From Octopus sinensis (lineage: Eukaryota), in the NCBI RefSeq assembly GCF_006345805.1, contig NC_043000.1:25668001-25732000 (forward strand): a stretch of 64,000 nucleotides of DNA, in the 5' to 3' direction. Below the pieces are notes generated by a model. The model saw nothing but the letters and a program-made list of their open reading frames with translations. It did not search any database and was not told the origin of the DNA. The position numbers were made by a program, and so were the translations under genes. The number at the start of each line of letters is the position of its first letter. Position 1 is the stretch's first letter. Below, piece by piece: positions 38,367 to 51,223 of this stretch.

Positions 38367-39122
38367 GAATGTATTATAAATAAACAACGACCCTGCCCCG
38401 CTTAAGCCGATCAGCTAACTGATCAACATCAACGAAGCACATGGGTGAGTTTACATATATTACATCCGGATAAATGGCAAACTTTTACGAATTGCATTTC
38501 GGGAGAGGAAAAGTTTTTTCGGAATAAAAATTTAGCAATTAAGGACAACTACTTAATAAGGAAAACTTAACAAGAAATTGTCAGGTATATATATAAATTA
38601 ATATGTTCAATAAGAAATAATTATTTTCGAAATTTTTTCTTAACAAGAAATTGTCAGGTATATATATAAATTAATATGTTCAATAAGAAATAATTATTTT
38701 CGAAATTTTTTCTCTTATGAGGTTTTTACGCTATCTACCTGACAATTTCTTGTTAAGTTTTCCTTATTAAGTAGTTGTCCTTAATTGCTAAATTTTTATT
38801 CCGAAAAAACTTTTCCTCTCCCGAAATGCAATTCGTAAAAGTTTGCCATTTATCCGGATGTAATATATGTAATATATGTAAACTCACCCATGTGCTTCGA
38901 ATCCTACGGTGATGAAATAACAGTGACGGGGACAGGTGGGAGAAAGTCAGTGGAGGCCTTAGCTTGGGATTTGTACGTATGGTGGTAAGTGTAGATGCCG
39001 TTTTGTGAAACTTCTGTAAGCAATTCACAGTCTGTGTCCGCTTCTTAACTACAATGCGGCCTATTTATGATGGCACGCTTTGTCTTGTATGGAGAGAGGG
39101 CTAGAAAGGGCCCCTACAATAT

Positions 39123-39170
39123 AGACCTGTATCACAGTGATTTCATACTTACGTAATCATCAGCAGGCCT
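39123..39170 (-). ncRNA. Type-I hammerhead ribozyme fold (family P5, copy 2; may be an assembly duplicate)
   Basis: Identical to 38319-38366. A third, inverted copy at 39271-39317 has lost one core base (CGATGA). Confidence 0.5.
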
Positions 39171-39577
39171 GAATGTATTATAAATAAACAACGACCCTGC
39201 CCGCTTAAGCCGATCAGCTAAATAGCTGATCGGCTTAAGCGGGGCAGGGCTGTTTATTTATAATACATTCAGGCCTGCGATGATTACGTAAGTATGAAAT
39301 CACTGTGATACAGGTCTATATTTTTAAATGTCTTACTTTTGAAATTGCATTCGGTGGGATTAGTAATATTTTTGGTAGAAATGACTGATTGTCCTCTTAG
39401 CGTTTGGCATGTATGTATAATGCCTTCTGGCATGTATGTATAATGCCCTCTATATATAAATTAATATGTTCAATAAGAAATAATTATTTTCGAAATTTTT
39501 TCTCTTATGAGGTTTTTACGCTATCTACCTGACAATTTCTTGTTAAGTTTCCTTATTAAGTAGTTGTCCTTAATTGC

Positions 39578-39621
<44 letters not shown>

Positions 39622-39689
39622 TTATACATATATATATATATATCTATATATAATATATATACACATATATATATATACATATATATATT

Positions 39690-39741
<52 letters not shown>

Positions 39742-39765
39742 TATACATATATATATACATATATA

Positions 39766-39810
<45 letters not shown>

Positions 39811-39957
39811 AGTTCAGTAAAAATTTAGATTCAGTTGAATATGGTACTTAAGTTAAAGGCACCAGAATTTAGTATGATATTATCCATATAATTCAAAATG
39901 GGGTGATTATAATCAAAATAAGCAACGCTTATTTTGATTATATATATATATATTACT

Positions 39958-40340
39958 ATTTTACTTGTTTCAGTCATTTGACTGTGGCCATGCTGGAGCA
40001 CCGCCTTTAGTCGAGCACATCGACCCCAGGACTTATTCTTTGTAAGCCTAATACTTATTCTATCGGCTTCTTTTGCCGAACCGCTAAGTTACGGGGACGT
40101 AAAGACACCAGCATCGGTTGTCAAACACAGTCACACAAAAACAAGCACACACACACGCACATATATACATATACATATATACGACGGGCTTCTTTCAGTC
40201 TACCAGATCCACTTACAAGGCTTTGGTCGGCCCGAGGCTATAATAGAAGACACTTGCCCAAGGTGCCACGCCGTGGGACTGAACCTAGAACCATGTGGTT
40301 GGTAAGCAAGCTATTTACAACACAGCCACTCCTGCGCCTA
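39958..40340 (-). mobile_element. SINE family A
   Basis: Full head ...ggcgcaggagtggctgtg on the minus strand. Confidence 0.9.
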
Positions 40341-40383
40341 TATATATATATATATATGTGTGTATGTGTGTGTGTGTGTGTGT

Positions 40384-40416
<33 letters not shown>

Positions 40417-41334
40417 TATATATATATATATAATGTATATGCATATATAATGTGCATGTATAGTAATATTACGATCATGAAATTAGCATTAACTTATCTC
40501 ACTCTTTCTCGCGGAACCTCTAGGAACCTTTTACCGAACCCCTAGGAACCGTCTACAGAACCCCTAGGAACCTCTTGCGGAACCCCTAGGGTTACGGTTG
40601 AGAAACGTTGTGCTAGACAAACATTTTGACGTTTAGTTGTTTGAACAAGTTCTGAAATTTTGTTTATACATGTTTATACGTCACATTTTTGCTTTGTTTA
40701 TGACTTGTGTTGTCTGTTTATTTTCACATTGTTCTCTTCGGAGCCCTGCTTCCATCATTAATCGTCTCTTTTTGTGGGAAGCATTATAAATGATAAAAGC
40801 AAACCAATGGGTTATTTGATATTGCTACAATTGTTCCAAGAGTCTTTATTGTGACGTAAACATGGTACAGTTAGGTATCCACAACTTTACGTAATATGGT
40901 GCGCGACTCTCAACTCATCAGGCAGCCAAATAAACAAGCGAGCAATTACATGTTGATTAATCAACAAATCATCAACAAATAAAATTTTTAATGAAAATTA
41001 CCAACAACTAAGAAGTGTAAAGTGCGGGGTGGAGGACAACAACCGGTCGATCAACGAAGGTGCTTAGCAGAGTGATGTCGTAAGAAAAGAACAGTTTAAA
41101 ACATTTCCATTCCAACGATGCCAATAAACTTAACAACCTTCTGCATCAAGACTAGTGGTGGTAGAACAAGCTTTGTACCGACGGATAATAGGCACCAATA
41201 TATCTGACCCAAGCAAAACATGTGTAAAAGAACAGCGACCGACCTTATTCATATAAAAAAAACATTTACAGTGTTATATTATTCAGAAGATATCTACGTT
41301 TAGGCATTACTTAATTACTCACTTACTCTTTTAC

Positions 41335-41715
41335 TCTCTTTTACTCTTTTACTTCTTTCAATCATTTGACTGCGGTCATGCTGGAGCACCACCTTTAGTC
41401 GAACAAATCGACCCCAGGACTTATTCTTTGTAGGCCTAGTACTTATTCTATCGGTCTCTTTTGCCGAACCGCTAAGTTACGGGGACGTAAACACACCAGC
41501 ATCGGTTGTCAAGCGATGTTGGGGGGGGACAAACACAGACACACAAACATATACACACATGCATATATATATATACGACAGGCTTCTTTCAGTTTCCGTC
41601 TACCAAATCCACTCACAAGGCTTTGGTCGGCCTGAGGCTATAGTAGTAGATACTTGCCCAAGATGCCCCGCAGTGGGACTGAACCCGGAATCATGTGGTT
41701 GGTAAGCAAGCTACA
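41335..41715 (-). mobile_element. SINE family A, slightly 5'-truncated
   Basis: Homology; (AGAGTAAA)n tail. Confidence 0.9.
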
Positions 41716-42744
41716 AGTGCTTCGATTAATTATTACAGAACTTGTAAACTGTAGTTTAGCAAAGTTCACTCGAAATACCAGAGACAGCTACTGTTCCAGT
41801 TTCGTCAGAAAGGTTTGAAACATGGTAGCCATGGTTTCATAGCTGTTAGTTGTATCTGACAGAGGATTTGAAATACAATAAACCATGATATTATTGCTTA
41901 GTATCATATCAGAATCATCCTCATTCATATCACAAAGCACTAAAAGAGCCTTTACACAGTTACAAGATTTGCTAGAAATAGAAGCTAAATTTCCTTCTAG
42001 CTCCTCTCTATCAAAGTAGTGACCTCTCCTGTGATGACTAAAACTTCGCTAAACTACGGTTTTCATTAAGTTATTCTCTTGATTTATAATTAGCTGATTC
42101 TCCATTAATTAAAGTTAATATTCTGTTAGTTCTGTAATATGTGTGTGTGTGTGTGTGTCCATCATTCAAAACTATAGCACTGGCACGCAATGGGAACGAA
42201 ACGGGAAGCACATAATTGCGAGGCAAACTTCTTAATCCCTCCCGGTAATGGCAGTGTGTTCTCATTTGATGAATGTTCTCTCTACGCAAATGTCATCATA
42301 CTGATAAGTTCCCAGGTTTGTTACTCGTTACTTAATCAAATACAACCATTGCGTTTAGCATATCATCTGCTGCTTTGTTCGTCTTTATTTATACAGGAAA
42401 ATTGTTTATTCTTATATTTCATTTCATGAATCTCATATAAAAGCTGCTCCGATATAACCGCAGTAAATTTGTCAATCTGGATTGATTAATAGCTCTAACT
42501 ATATTATCTTTCATATGATTATAAAGTGTAATCAATCTATGTAGATTATATTAATGCCAGTTTATCACTGAAGGTGGCTAGGCTATCAGCTTCTGGGTCG
42601 TAAGTTCATATCCGTTGTAGGAGACTAGTTGTCTCAGGACAAATACATCCCAGTATATATGCGGTTACACACACACACATGTACACAAATATCTTTTGTA
42701 TATGTATATGCACATGAGAACGTAGCTTAAATTCTGCATTATAT

Positions 42745-43513
42745 TGAAAGAATTTTGCATTTTGCATTAATGGAGGCTTGTAAGTAATTTATTTGTTATT
42801 AAATATAATAATATAAATTATATACATGTTTTTAAGTTACGAAACAATTTGTCAAGATAATTGAATTTTCTTATTGCTAAATAAAATTTCATCAAACTAT
42901 TTCCGTCATTATGACTTTATACACTCATAATCCTTTTCTCTTGTATTGTACTGTATATTCTACATGTTTTATAGAATGACTAGCAGCATAGCCCGGCGTT
43001 GCCCGGGTATGTAAGAGCCCCTAGTAGGCAACGACTAATCCCAATCTAGTCCTTTCCCTCTAATTTCCTGCCAATTTGTGAAAGATATTGTCGAAAATAT
43101 GTCATCTTGAATTTGAACGCGATTTCCCAAAATGGCATGATTTTATCGATTTTTTCTGATGGTAAGGTATTGCATGGAAAACTAACGTTAGAATTAAGTT
43201 TCTTAGGGTAACATTAAGCTTCACCATGAGTTTGGTGAAAATCGATTGCAAGTTGCGAAAACTACAACAGAAAATGTGTTGCATATAAAAAGCTTAGATT
43301 CTCGACCCCATGTCGAATTTATCGATTTTTTTCAGAACTGGGGGGGGAACTTTTCAAAAATTTCGCTGCGTTAGTTTTGAATTATGACATTGGGCTATGT
43401 GTGTGTCAAGTTTCATCAGAATCGGTTGAAAGCTGTGGTCAGGGTGAGGGACAACCTGACAGACACACAGACAGACAAACTGCCGTTATATAAGAGAGAT
43501 ACATGAAGGAACT

Positions 43514-43562
<49 letters not shown>

Positions 43563-43790
43563 TATTATATATATATATATATATATAAACAATTATAAAT
43601 AATGATAAAAGAAAAAAGTTTCTATGCCAGTATGCTGAAAAATAGACCTTAGATCGTCTAACCCCATACAATATTTTTCACGATAAATACACAGCGTGGT
43701 GAAACGAGGAAAGCGAGCTAACAGAAATTTTTTAAATAGTTCGGCAATAGCGAATGGTATGGGGTTAGATTATCTAAAGACTATTTTTAA
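42745..43790 (+). repeat. Local segmental duplication, paralog at ~47835-48330
   Basis: ~500 bp of shared non-TE sequence, roughly 85-90% identical by eye; this copy carries the Helitron insertion. Confidence 0.85.
42980..43499 (-). mobile_element. Non-autonomous Helitron
   Basis: Minus 5'-TCTCTC...CCGGGCAACGCCGGG-CTATGCTG-CTAG-3'; A^T target confirmed by the empty site at 48067/48068. Confidence 0.9.
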
Positions 43791-43918
43791 GGATATTGAT
43801 ATAGAATGTTTTTGTTTGGTCTTATTTGTAATTGTTTATATTTTCACCGTGAAAGGTATTTTAATATGCTGGCCACTGATAGAATTTGTTTTGAAAAATT
43901 TTATCCTTATATTAGAAG

Positions 43919-43950
<32 letters not shown>

Positions 43951-44714
43951 CAACTAAAAATAAGGGTGTCTGAGAGACACCACCATGCCGAAATAGCAGT
44001 CAAAACCTTGACTTTAAAAACCACGTTAAATGTTCATATCGTACCATGAGATAAGACAGAGGGACAAAATAGACTAGCAAAAAATATTATTGAATAATTC
44101 AAGATCCAGGATTTCTGGTTTTGCTTTAAATAAGCTTCACCGTCATCGGTTGAATATATCAAAGTACATAAATGCAGATATATATATGCAGAACAAACGT
44201 TATACTTACATATACGAACGTCCATACATACATATATATGCACGTATACACAAGGCCAGTTAAATTGCCTGCCAAAACACCTCATAAGCACGATATGGTC
44301 AAAATAAACACCGCAGTGAATATAGTGACGAATTATATAAATTTATAAATAAGGATAATATCGATATTTAAATATCGAGAACGTGGTTTTTAAATATATT
44401 TAACGTGGTTTTTAAAGTCAAGGTTTTGACTGCTATTTTTTTTTAAAGTCGTTTATGTAATTATAATGTTTGTTCTGCATATATATATCTGCATTTATGT
44501 ACTTTGATATATTCAACCGATGACGGTAAAGCTTATTTAAAGCAAAACCAGAAATCCTGGATCTTGAATTATTCAATAATATTTTTTGCTAGTCTATTTT
44601 GTTCCTCTGTCTTAACTCATGATACGATATGAACATTTAACGTGGTTTTTAAAGTCAAGGTTTTGACTGCTATTTCGGCATGGTGGTGTCTCTCAGACAC
44701 CCTTAGTTTTAGTT
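43951..44714. mobile_element. Inverted pair of a TA-embedded element (family P7)
   Basis: 43951-44210 and 44455-44714 are reverse complements with a few differences. Confidence 0.7.
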
Positions 44715-44790
44715 GTAAAAAAAAATTATTACCATTATACGGTATTTTTTCCCATGCTGGCCACTTGATAATATCGATATTATCCTTATT

Positions 44791-44887
<97 letters not shown>

Positions 44888-45024
44888 CGGCCGTGTGCAA
44901 TGTTTTACCAAAAAGGAAAACTATAATTGTCACTGAATCTGACTAGGGTGTTAGAAACACCGACATTGCTAGAAATAAGAGCTAAAATGCTCTAGCGCTC
45001 TAATATATGTGTGTGTGCGTATAC

Positions 45025-45068
<44 letters not shown>

Positions 45069-45107
45069 ATATATATATTATATATATATTATATATATAT
45101 ATATATA

Positions 45108-45292
45108 TATAGAAGGAGCTTCTACAGGACTAGAACTGTTTCATTCAAAAGAAATCATCAGGAAGCTCCTGATGATTTCTTTGAAATGAAACAGTTCTAG
45201 TCCTGTAGAAGCTCCTTCTATAAAATAAATTAATTTACTCTGCTATGTATGAGTACCTTATTTACTGTGGTTAACCCGACTCAACCGGGACC

Positions 45293-45297
<5 letters not shown>
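45108..45297. mobile_element. Family P2 fold-back element in (TA)n, second copy
   Basis: Same structure as 7945-8142. Confidence 0.8.
45115..45169 (-). ncRNA. Type-I hammerhead ribozyme fold (family P2, copy 2)
   Basis: Minus strand GGAGCTTC-CTGATGA-TTTC/TTTT/GAAT-GAAA-CAG/TTCTAGTC/CTG-TA-GAAGCTCC; perfect 8-bp stem I. Confidence 0.8.
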
Positions 45298-45381
<84 letters not shown>

Positions 45382-45674
45382 CACATATATGTATGTATGC
45401 ATACATACATAATACATATTACATACAATCATACGTACGTACGTACATATATACATAAAATACTCTGTTGTTGGTGTTGAAATTTCAATGAAGGAGACTT
45501 GGATCTAGGTTAGAAACCGGTTCTTTCTCTATTGGCAAGAAATCTTGAAATAAAACTGCACAATGACATACATACATACATACACACACACACATACATA
45601 CACACACACATACACACATACATACATACATACATACATACATACATACATACATACATACATACATACATACA

Positions 45675-45707
<33 letters not shown>

Positions 45708-46329
45708 TCTTCGCACATGTATATGTATATGTCGAGATACCAAACCTCAAGCCATTGGTAAACCAAGCCATACCATCACTACTTGATCTGCGATCTAATC
45801 TGACAAGTATTACATTGTGCACCTGTACAGGTAATGCTTTCTAGGTGGAGAGAGTAGATTTTACGCGGCTGAAGCAAATTCCTCTTTAAACAAACTTATA
45901 GTGCAGGTCGTTCAGTGACAACATGAGGGCCAATCGAATCCTACGGTGATGAAATAACAGTGACGGGGACAGGTGGAGAAAGTCAGTGGAGGCCTTTAGC
46001 TTGGGATTTGTACGTATGGTGGTAAGATGTAGATGGCCGTTTTGTGAAACTTCTGTAAGCAATTTCACAGTCTGTGTCCGCTTCTTAACTACAATGCGGC
46101 CTATTTATGATGGCACGCTTTGTCTTGTATGGAGAGAGGGCTAGAAAAGGCGCCCTACAATTGCTTGCTCACAGAATCCCATCATTATACAGCAAGTGAC
46201 TAGAATTCCAACGATGCAGTCGAAAAATATGAAAATACAAAGGGCAGAGAAATAGGTATGAGTATTATAGCTTGGGACGTACGCACCCTTCAGGACCTCA
46301 AGAGCATCCTGAGCGCAAAATAGCATTTA

Positions 46330-47715
46330 TAGCTCGGTTTCTGAGAAGTAAAAATGTTACTAATGCCGCTCTTTTGGAGTCAAAGCTACTAGAGTCTGGT
46401 CAGCTGAATGAAGTAGTTGGAGGATGCACTTTCTTCTGAATTGGTAAACAACATTAAGGGTAATGAAATAACTACCCACCTGCAAAGGTATGAAATGACT
46501 GAAAATCGCATGCTGGAACATCGGAAAATGTGGCGAATCGTGGAGCGACTCGATTGTCCTCCAAAGCTACTGATCATAGTCATCCAGCTGCACGAAAAGT
46601 AGCATGGCCAAGTCAGACTCAACAGTGATCTTTCACAGCCCTTCCTGATCAGCAACGGTGTGAAGCAGTATTGCATCCTGGCATCGGCTCTCATCACCAT
46701 CTTCTTCAGCATGATGCTCATGCAGGCCTCAGAGGATCTTACTGATGAGGGCGGACTCTGCATCAGATACCGTGTTGGTGACAACCTGTTTAATCTCCAA
46801 CGACTACAGACCCACATGGAGACTCTGAAACAACTGATTCTAGACCTACCCTTGGCCGACGATGCTGTCCTTGTTGCCCAGACAGAAAGAGCCTTACATC
46901 ACTTCCTACTTCACAGAGGCTGCCCAGCTCTTTGAGCAGGAAGTCAGCCTAAAGAAGACGGTGGCACTCCACCAGCCTGAACCTCAGAAAGAGTACTAAC
47001 TTTTTCACATCATCATTGGTGAGACTGAATTGAAAATAGTCCATCGGTTCGCCTCTCTGGTGTACAATATCATGTTAGATGCCAAGATTGACAAGGAAAT
47101 CGATAACAAACTAGCAAAGGCAGACTGTACAAACGCATCTGGGACAGAAAACACCTGAAAAAGGGCGCCAAGATCAGCGTGTACAGAGCCATAGAACTCA
47201 CTGCCCTCCAATATGGCTCAGAGTTGTGGTTCACTTATCGCCAACATCTATAACTTTTCGAACGTCATGCTGGTGGAGTCACAGCTACGCAGAGTAGTGT
47301 ACGTCTCCAGGATGAAGGATCATCGCCTGCCGCAGATCACGTTGTACAGCAAACTCCCCACAAGTCATCACGACAGAAGGGTACCAAAGAAGCAACACAA
47401 AAATCCATCGGTGCCTGTCCCATTGACCATCGCCAATGGTCCACCCTAGACAAGGACCGTGATACCTGGCATCTCACTTTCAACCATGCTATCTCAATCT
47501 TCGAAAATACACGCAGGGCCACTCATAAGGACTAAAGGTGCAAGATGAATATCCGCAAAACCACGGTCATCAAAAATCTTGACCAGACCTTCAACTGCAA
47601 CCACTGCGGCCGGACCTGCTTGTCCCACATTGGCCTTGTGATCCACGAGTATCCTTGCAGTCAACATGGTCGCGCCCCTTTTTAATCTTCGTTCGTGAAG
47701 CCAAATCATAATCAT
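46330..47715 (+). mobile_element. Decayed, internally deleted RTE-clade LINE
   Basis: Endonuclease start AALLESKLLESGQLNEVVGGCTFF*IGK, RT CPPKLL...SNGVKQYCIL...LADDAVL, C-terminal RRVVYVSRMKDHRLPQITLYSKL, and a CxxC..H zinc-finger-like end near 47590-47660. Confidence 0.9.
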
Positions 47716-48572
47716 TTGCTCCAGCAAGAGGCTGTGGCCACAATGGGGTACCACTTTTGGTATGGTTGCTAACTTATTTCATTTCACTTTCACGACTATT
47801 TCTGTGTTTGGTTCTGGTGAATCAGTGAAAAGGACAAAGCATTTTGCATTTTCCATTAATGCAGGCTTGTAAGTAATATATTTATTAGATATAATAATAT
47901 AAATTATATACATGTTTTTAAGTTACGAAACAATTTGTCACGATAATTGAATTTTCTTACTGTTAAATAAAATTTCATCAAACCATTTCCGTCATTTATG
48001 ACTTTATACACTCCTAATCTTTTTTCTCTTGTATTGTGCTATATATTCTACATGTTTTGTAGAATGATAAATGAAGGAACTCTTTTTATGAGTACAACTA
48101 GATTACTTGAATCCATATACTGTGACTTATATAAATATATATAAACAATTATAAATAAGGCTAAAAGAAAACAAAATTCTATGCCAGTATGCTGAAGAAC
48201 AGAACTTAGATCGTCTAACCCCATACAATATTTTCTGCTATAAATACACAGCGTGTTGAAACGAGGAAAACGAGCTAACAGAAATTTTTAAAATAGTTCG
48301 GCAATAGCGAATTGTATGTGGTTAGATGATCTAATCCGCGTTTCATGCCTTGATGTGGTTTCGTCTAATATCTCATCTACATCAACGCCTGGCAAGGAAC
48401 TGAAATGTTCTGGGCCTTAAATCCTAAGCTTTTACATTATTGTATCCCTACACCAAATGGAGACTATGGAATCTTTAGTGCTATGCGGTGGCCTCCAATT
48501 CAGGGCCTGGTATAGCTTTCAATCCCAAATCTTGGCGCAAGAACTTCCAAGATATTCTACACACACACACAC

Positions 48573-48634
<62 letters not shown>

Positions 48635-48873
48635 ACTGCATATCTTTCGCGCCTTCGTCATAGAGAATAGATTCTTAGTTCTTTTTTAGCTCTACCCAGT
48701 AGCTTATCTGTTGCACCGAGGCATCTCTTAGTGTAACAGTGTTGGATTGCGTCGAGCTCCACTGATGTGTCCATAACTGGGAATGCATCTTTGTGCGTGT
48801 GTGCCCACATACACAACACACACACACACACACACAAATACAGACAGACACACACACACACACACAGACACAC

Positions 48874-48879
<6 letters not shown>

Positions 48880-48939
<60 letters not shown>

Positions 48940-48981
48940 ACAGACAGACAGACAGGCAGACAGACAGACAGGCAGACAGAC

Positions 48982-49024
<43 letters not shown>

Positions 49025-49060
49025 TAGACAGACAGACAGACAGACAGATAGACAGATAGA
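48880..49060. repeat. (GATA)n/(GACA)n microsatellite
   Basis: Direct inspection. Confidence 0.95.
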
Positions 49061-49492
49061 TATTCTTTGCAATGTGGCAACGACATATCGATTCATGCGA
49101 TAGATTCTGGCTTTCCATTCAGCTTATTCATTACAGACACATCCACCAGAAAGAAGTCTGACATTTAAAATAAGGAAAAAAAAAAGATGGGAAGTTGCGA
49201 TGTTCATACATTTACCAAGAGATTTACTAGTGTAAAACATTGAGTCCCCTGAATATTACTGTCTCAAGTCCTTGCGCTTATAGGGATGATCACCGTGTCT
49301 CGATGGCGTATAACTGACAGGATCGAGACCACAATATTCCCCATGAACAAGACGCCGGACTGTTGCAGGTTTACTCATTTACAGCTAGCTGGACTGAAGC
49401 AATATTAAAAGGAGAGGCAGCTCGTAGATAAAATCAGTGAGGGTGTTGCTTCAGAAAACTTTTAGCCGTTGTTTTAATATCGTGTAAAAGGA

Positions 49493-49940
49493 AGGCGGCG
49501 AGCTTGGCAGAAACGTTAGCGCGCCGGGCGAAAAGGCTTAGCGGTATTTCGTCTGTCTTTATGTTCTGAGTTCAAATTCCGCCGAGGTCGACTTTGCCTT
49601 TCATCCTTTCGGGGTCGATTAAATAAGTACCAGTTACGCACTGGGGTCGATATAATCGACTTAATCCGTGTGTCTGTCCTTGTTTGTCCTCTCTGTGTTT
49701 AGCCCCTTGTGGACAGTAAAGAAATAGGTATTTCGTCTGTCTTTACGTTCTGAGTTCAAATTCCGCCGAGGTCGACTTTGCCTTTCATCCTTTCGGGATC
49801 GATTAATTAAGTACCTATTTCTTTAAGTACCTATTCCTTTCGGGGTCGATAAATTAAGTACCAGTTGCATACCAGGGTCGATCTAATCGACTGGACCTCT
49901 CCCCCAAAATTACTGCCCTTGTGCCTAGAATAGAAAAGAA
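49493..49940 (+). mobile_element. SINE family B dimer with a small template-switch insert
   Basis: Head, body, second body interrupted by tacctatttcttt (inverted tail) near 49823-49845, alternative tail. Confidence 0.85.
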
Positions 49941-50094
49941 TATTCTTAACCAGAAGAATATGAAAGAACTTTAAAAAGTTATAAATGATAACTTACAAGG
50001 TTCTCCAATGGAAAATATTCTTAAACATTATACCAAAAAATAACTCCAAAGCCACTGGCGGGACACGAATAATATCGTTTATCTTTTATCTTCC

Positions 50095-50282
50095 CCTTGT
50101 TACAGTCATTTGACTGCGGCCATGCTGGAGTATCGCCATGAAGAAATTTTAATCGAATGAAGTGACTCCTGTACTTATCTCTTTCAAAGCCAGGTACTTA
50201 TTGCATCGGTCTCCTTTGCCGAACCGCTATGTTACCATCACAAGTTGTCAAGTGTTGATGGGGGCCAGATATAGACACAAAC

Positions 50283-50326
<44 letters not shown>

Positions 50327-50507
50327 AGACACACACACACATGTATACGACAGGCTTCTTTCAGTTTCCGTCTACCACATCCACTCCCAAGGCTTTGGTC
50401 GGCCCGAGTCCATAATAGAAGACACCTGCCTGTGGTGCCACGCGGTAGGACTGAACCTGGAAGCATATGGTTGAGAAGCAAGCTTCTTACCACACAGCCA
50501 CACCTGC
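50095..50507 (-). mobile_element. SINE family A, diverged
   Basis: Homology to family A. Confidence 0.85.
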
Positions 50508-50901
50508 GCCAATCATCGGTAAATGTGATGGTAAATATTTGTTCGTTTAGCTGACCTTGTAATGAGAGGAAATATAATTCATAAACAGTGGTACACTGAG
50601 GATTTTGGTACGACTGTTTAGAAAACAAAATAGTTGAAAACTGCAAAGGTAATTACCTGGAGACTTACTAAGCTATATGAACAATGATATTTGCAAGATT
50701 TAGCATATTTATGCATATTTGCAAATAATAATATAACTTGGAACGCGGCCACAAATTGGAAGATCGAAGAAAGGAAAACGAGCTTTCTGGCTTCAATATC
50801 ATACAATAGACAAGAAAAAATATCTACACAGACCCAATCAGACGATACTTTCAAACTAACTAACTTACATTAGGTGTTTTAAACTTTTTTCTCCCTCCCT
50901 G

Positions 50902-50983
<82 letters not shown>

Positions 50984-51027
50984 GCATACATATTTATACA
51001 TCAACGATGCACCAATACACATACGTC

Positions 51028-51058
<31 letters not shown>

Positions 51059-51154
51059 ATATATATATGTATATGTATATGTATGTGTGTGTGTGTTGTG
51101 CGTTTGTGTGTGTAATATATATACTCTCTTCCCGCTCCCACTTTCTAGTCTTTA

Positions 51155-51186
<32 letters not shown>

Positions 51187-51187
51187 C

Positions 51188-51223
<36 letters not shown>

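Larger units (their letters stand above)
38170..39600. repeat. Scrambled inverted/direct duplication block containing family P5
   Basis: 38435-38586 inverted at 38737-38898; 38316-38418 repeated at 39120-39221 and inverted from 39223; 38898-39120 nearly identical to 45937-46160. Confidence 0.8.

Noticed and set aside
45484-45525. ATGAAGGA...GAAACCGGTTC hammerhead-like motif
   Set aside because: Core non-canonical and no stem I.
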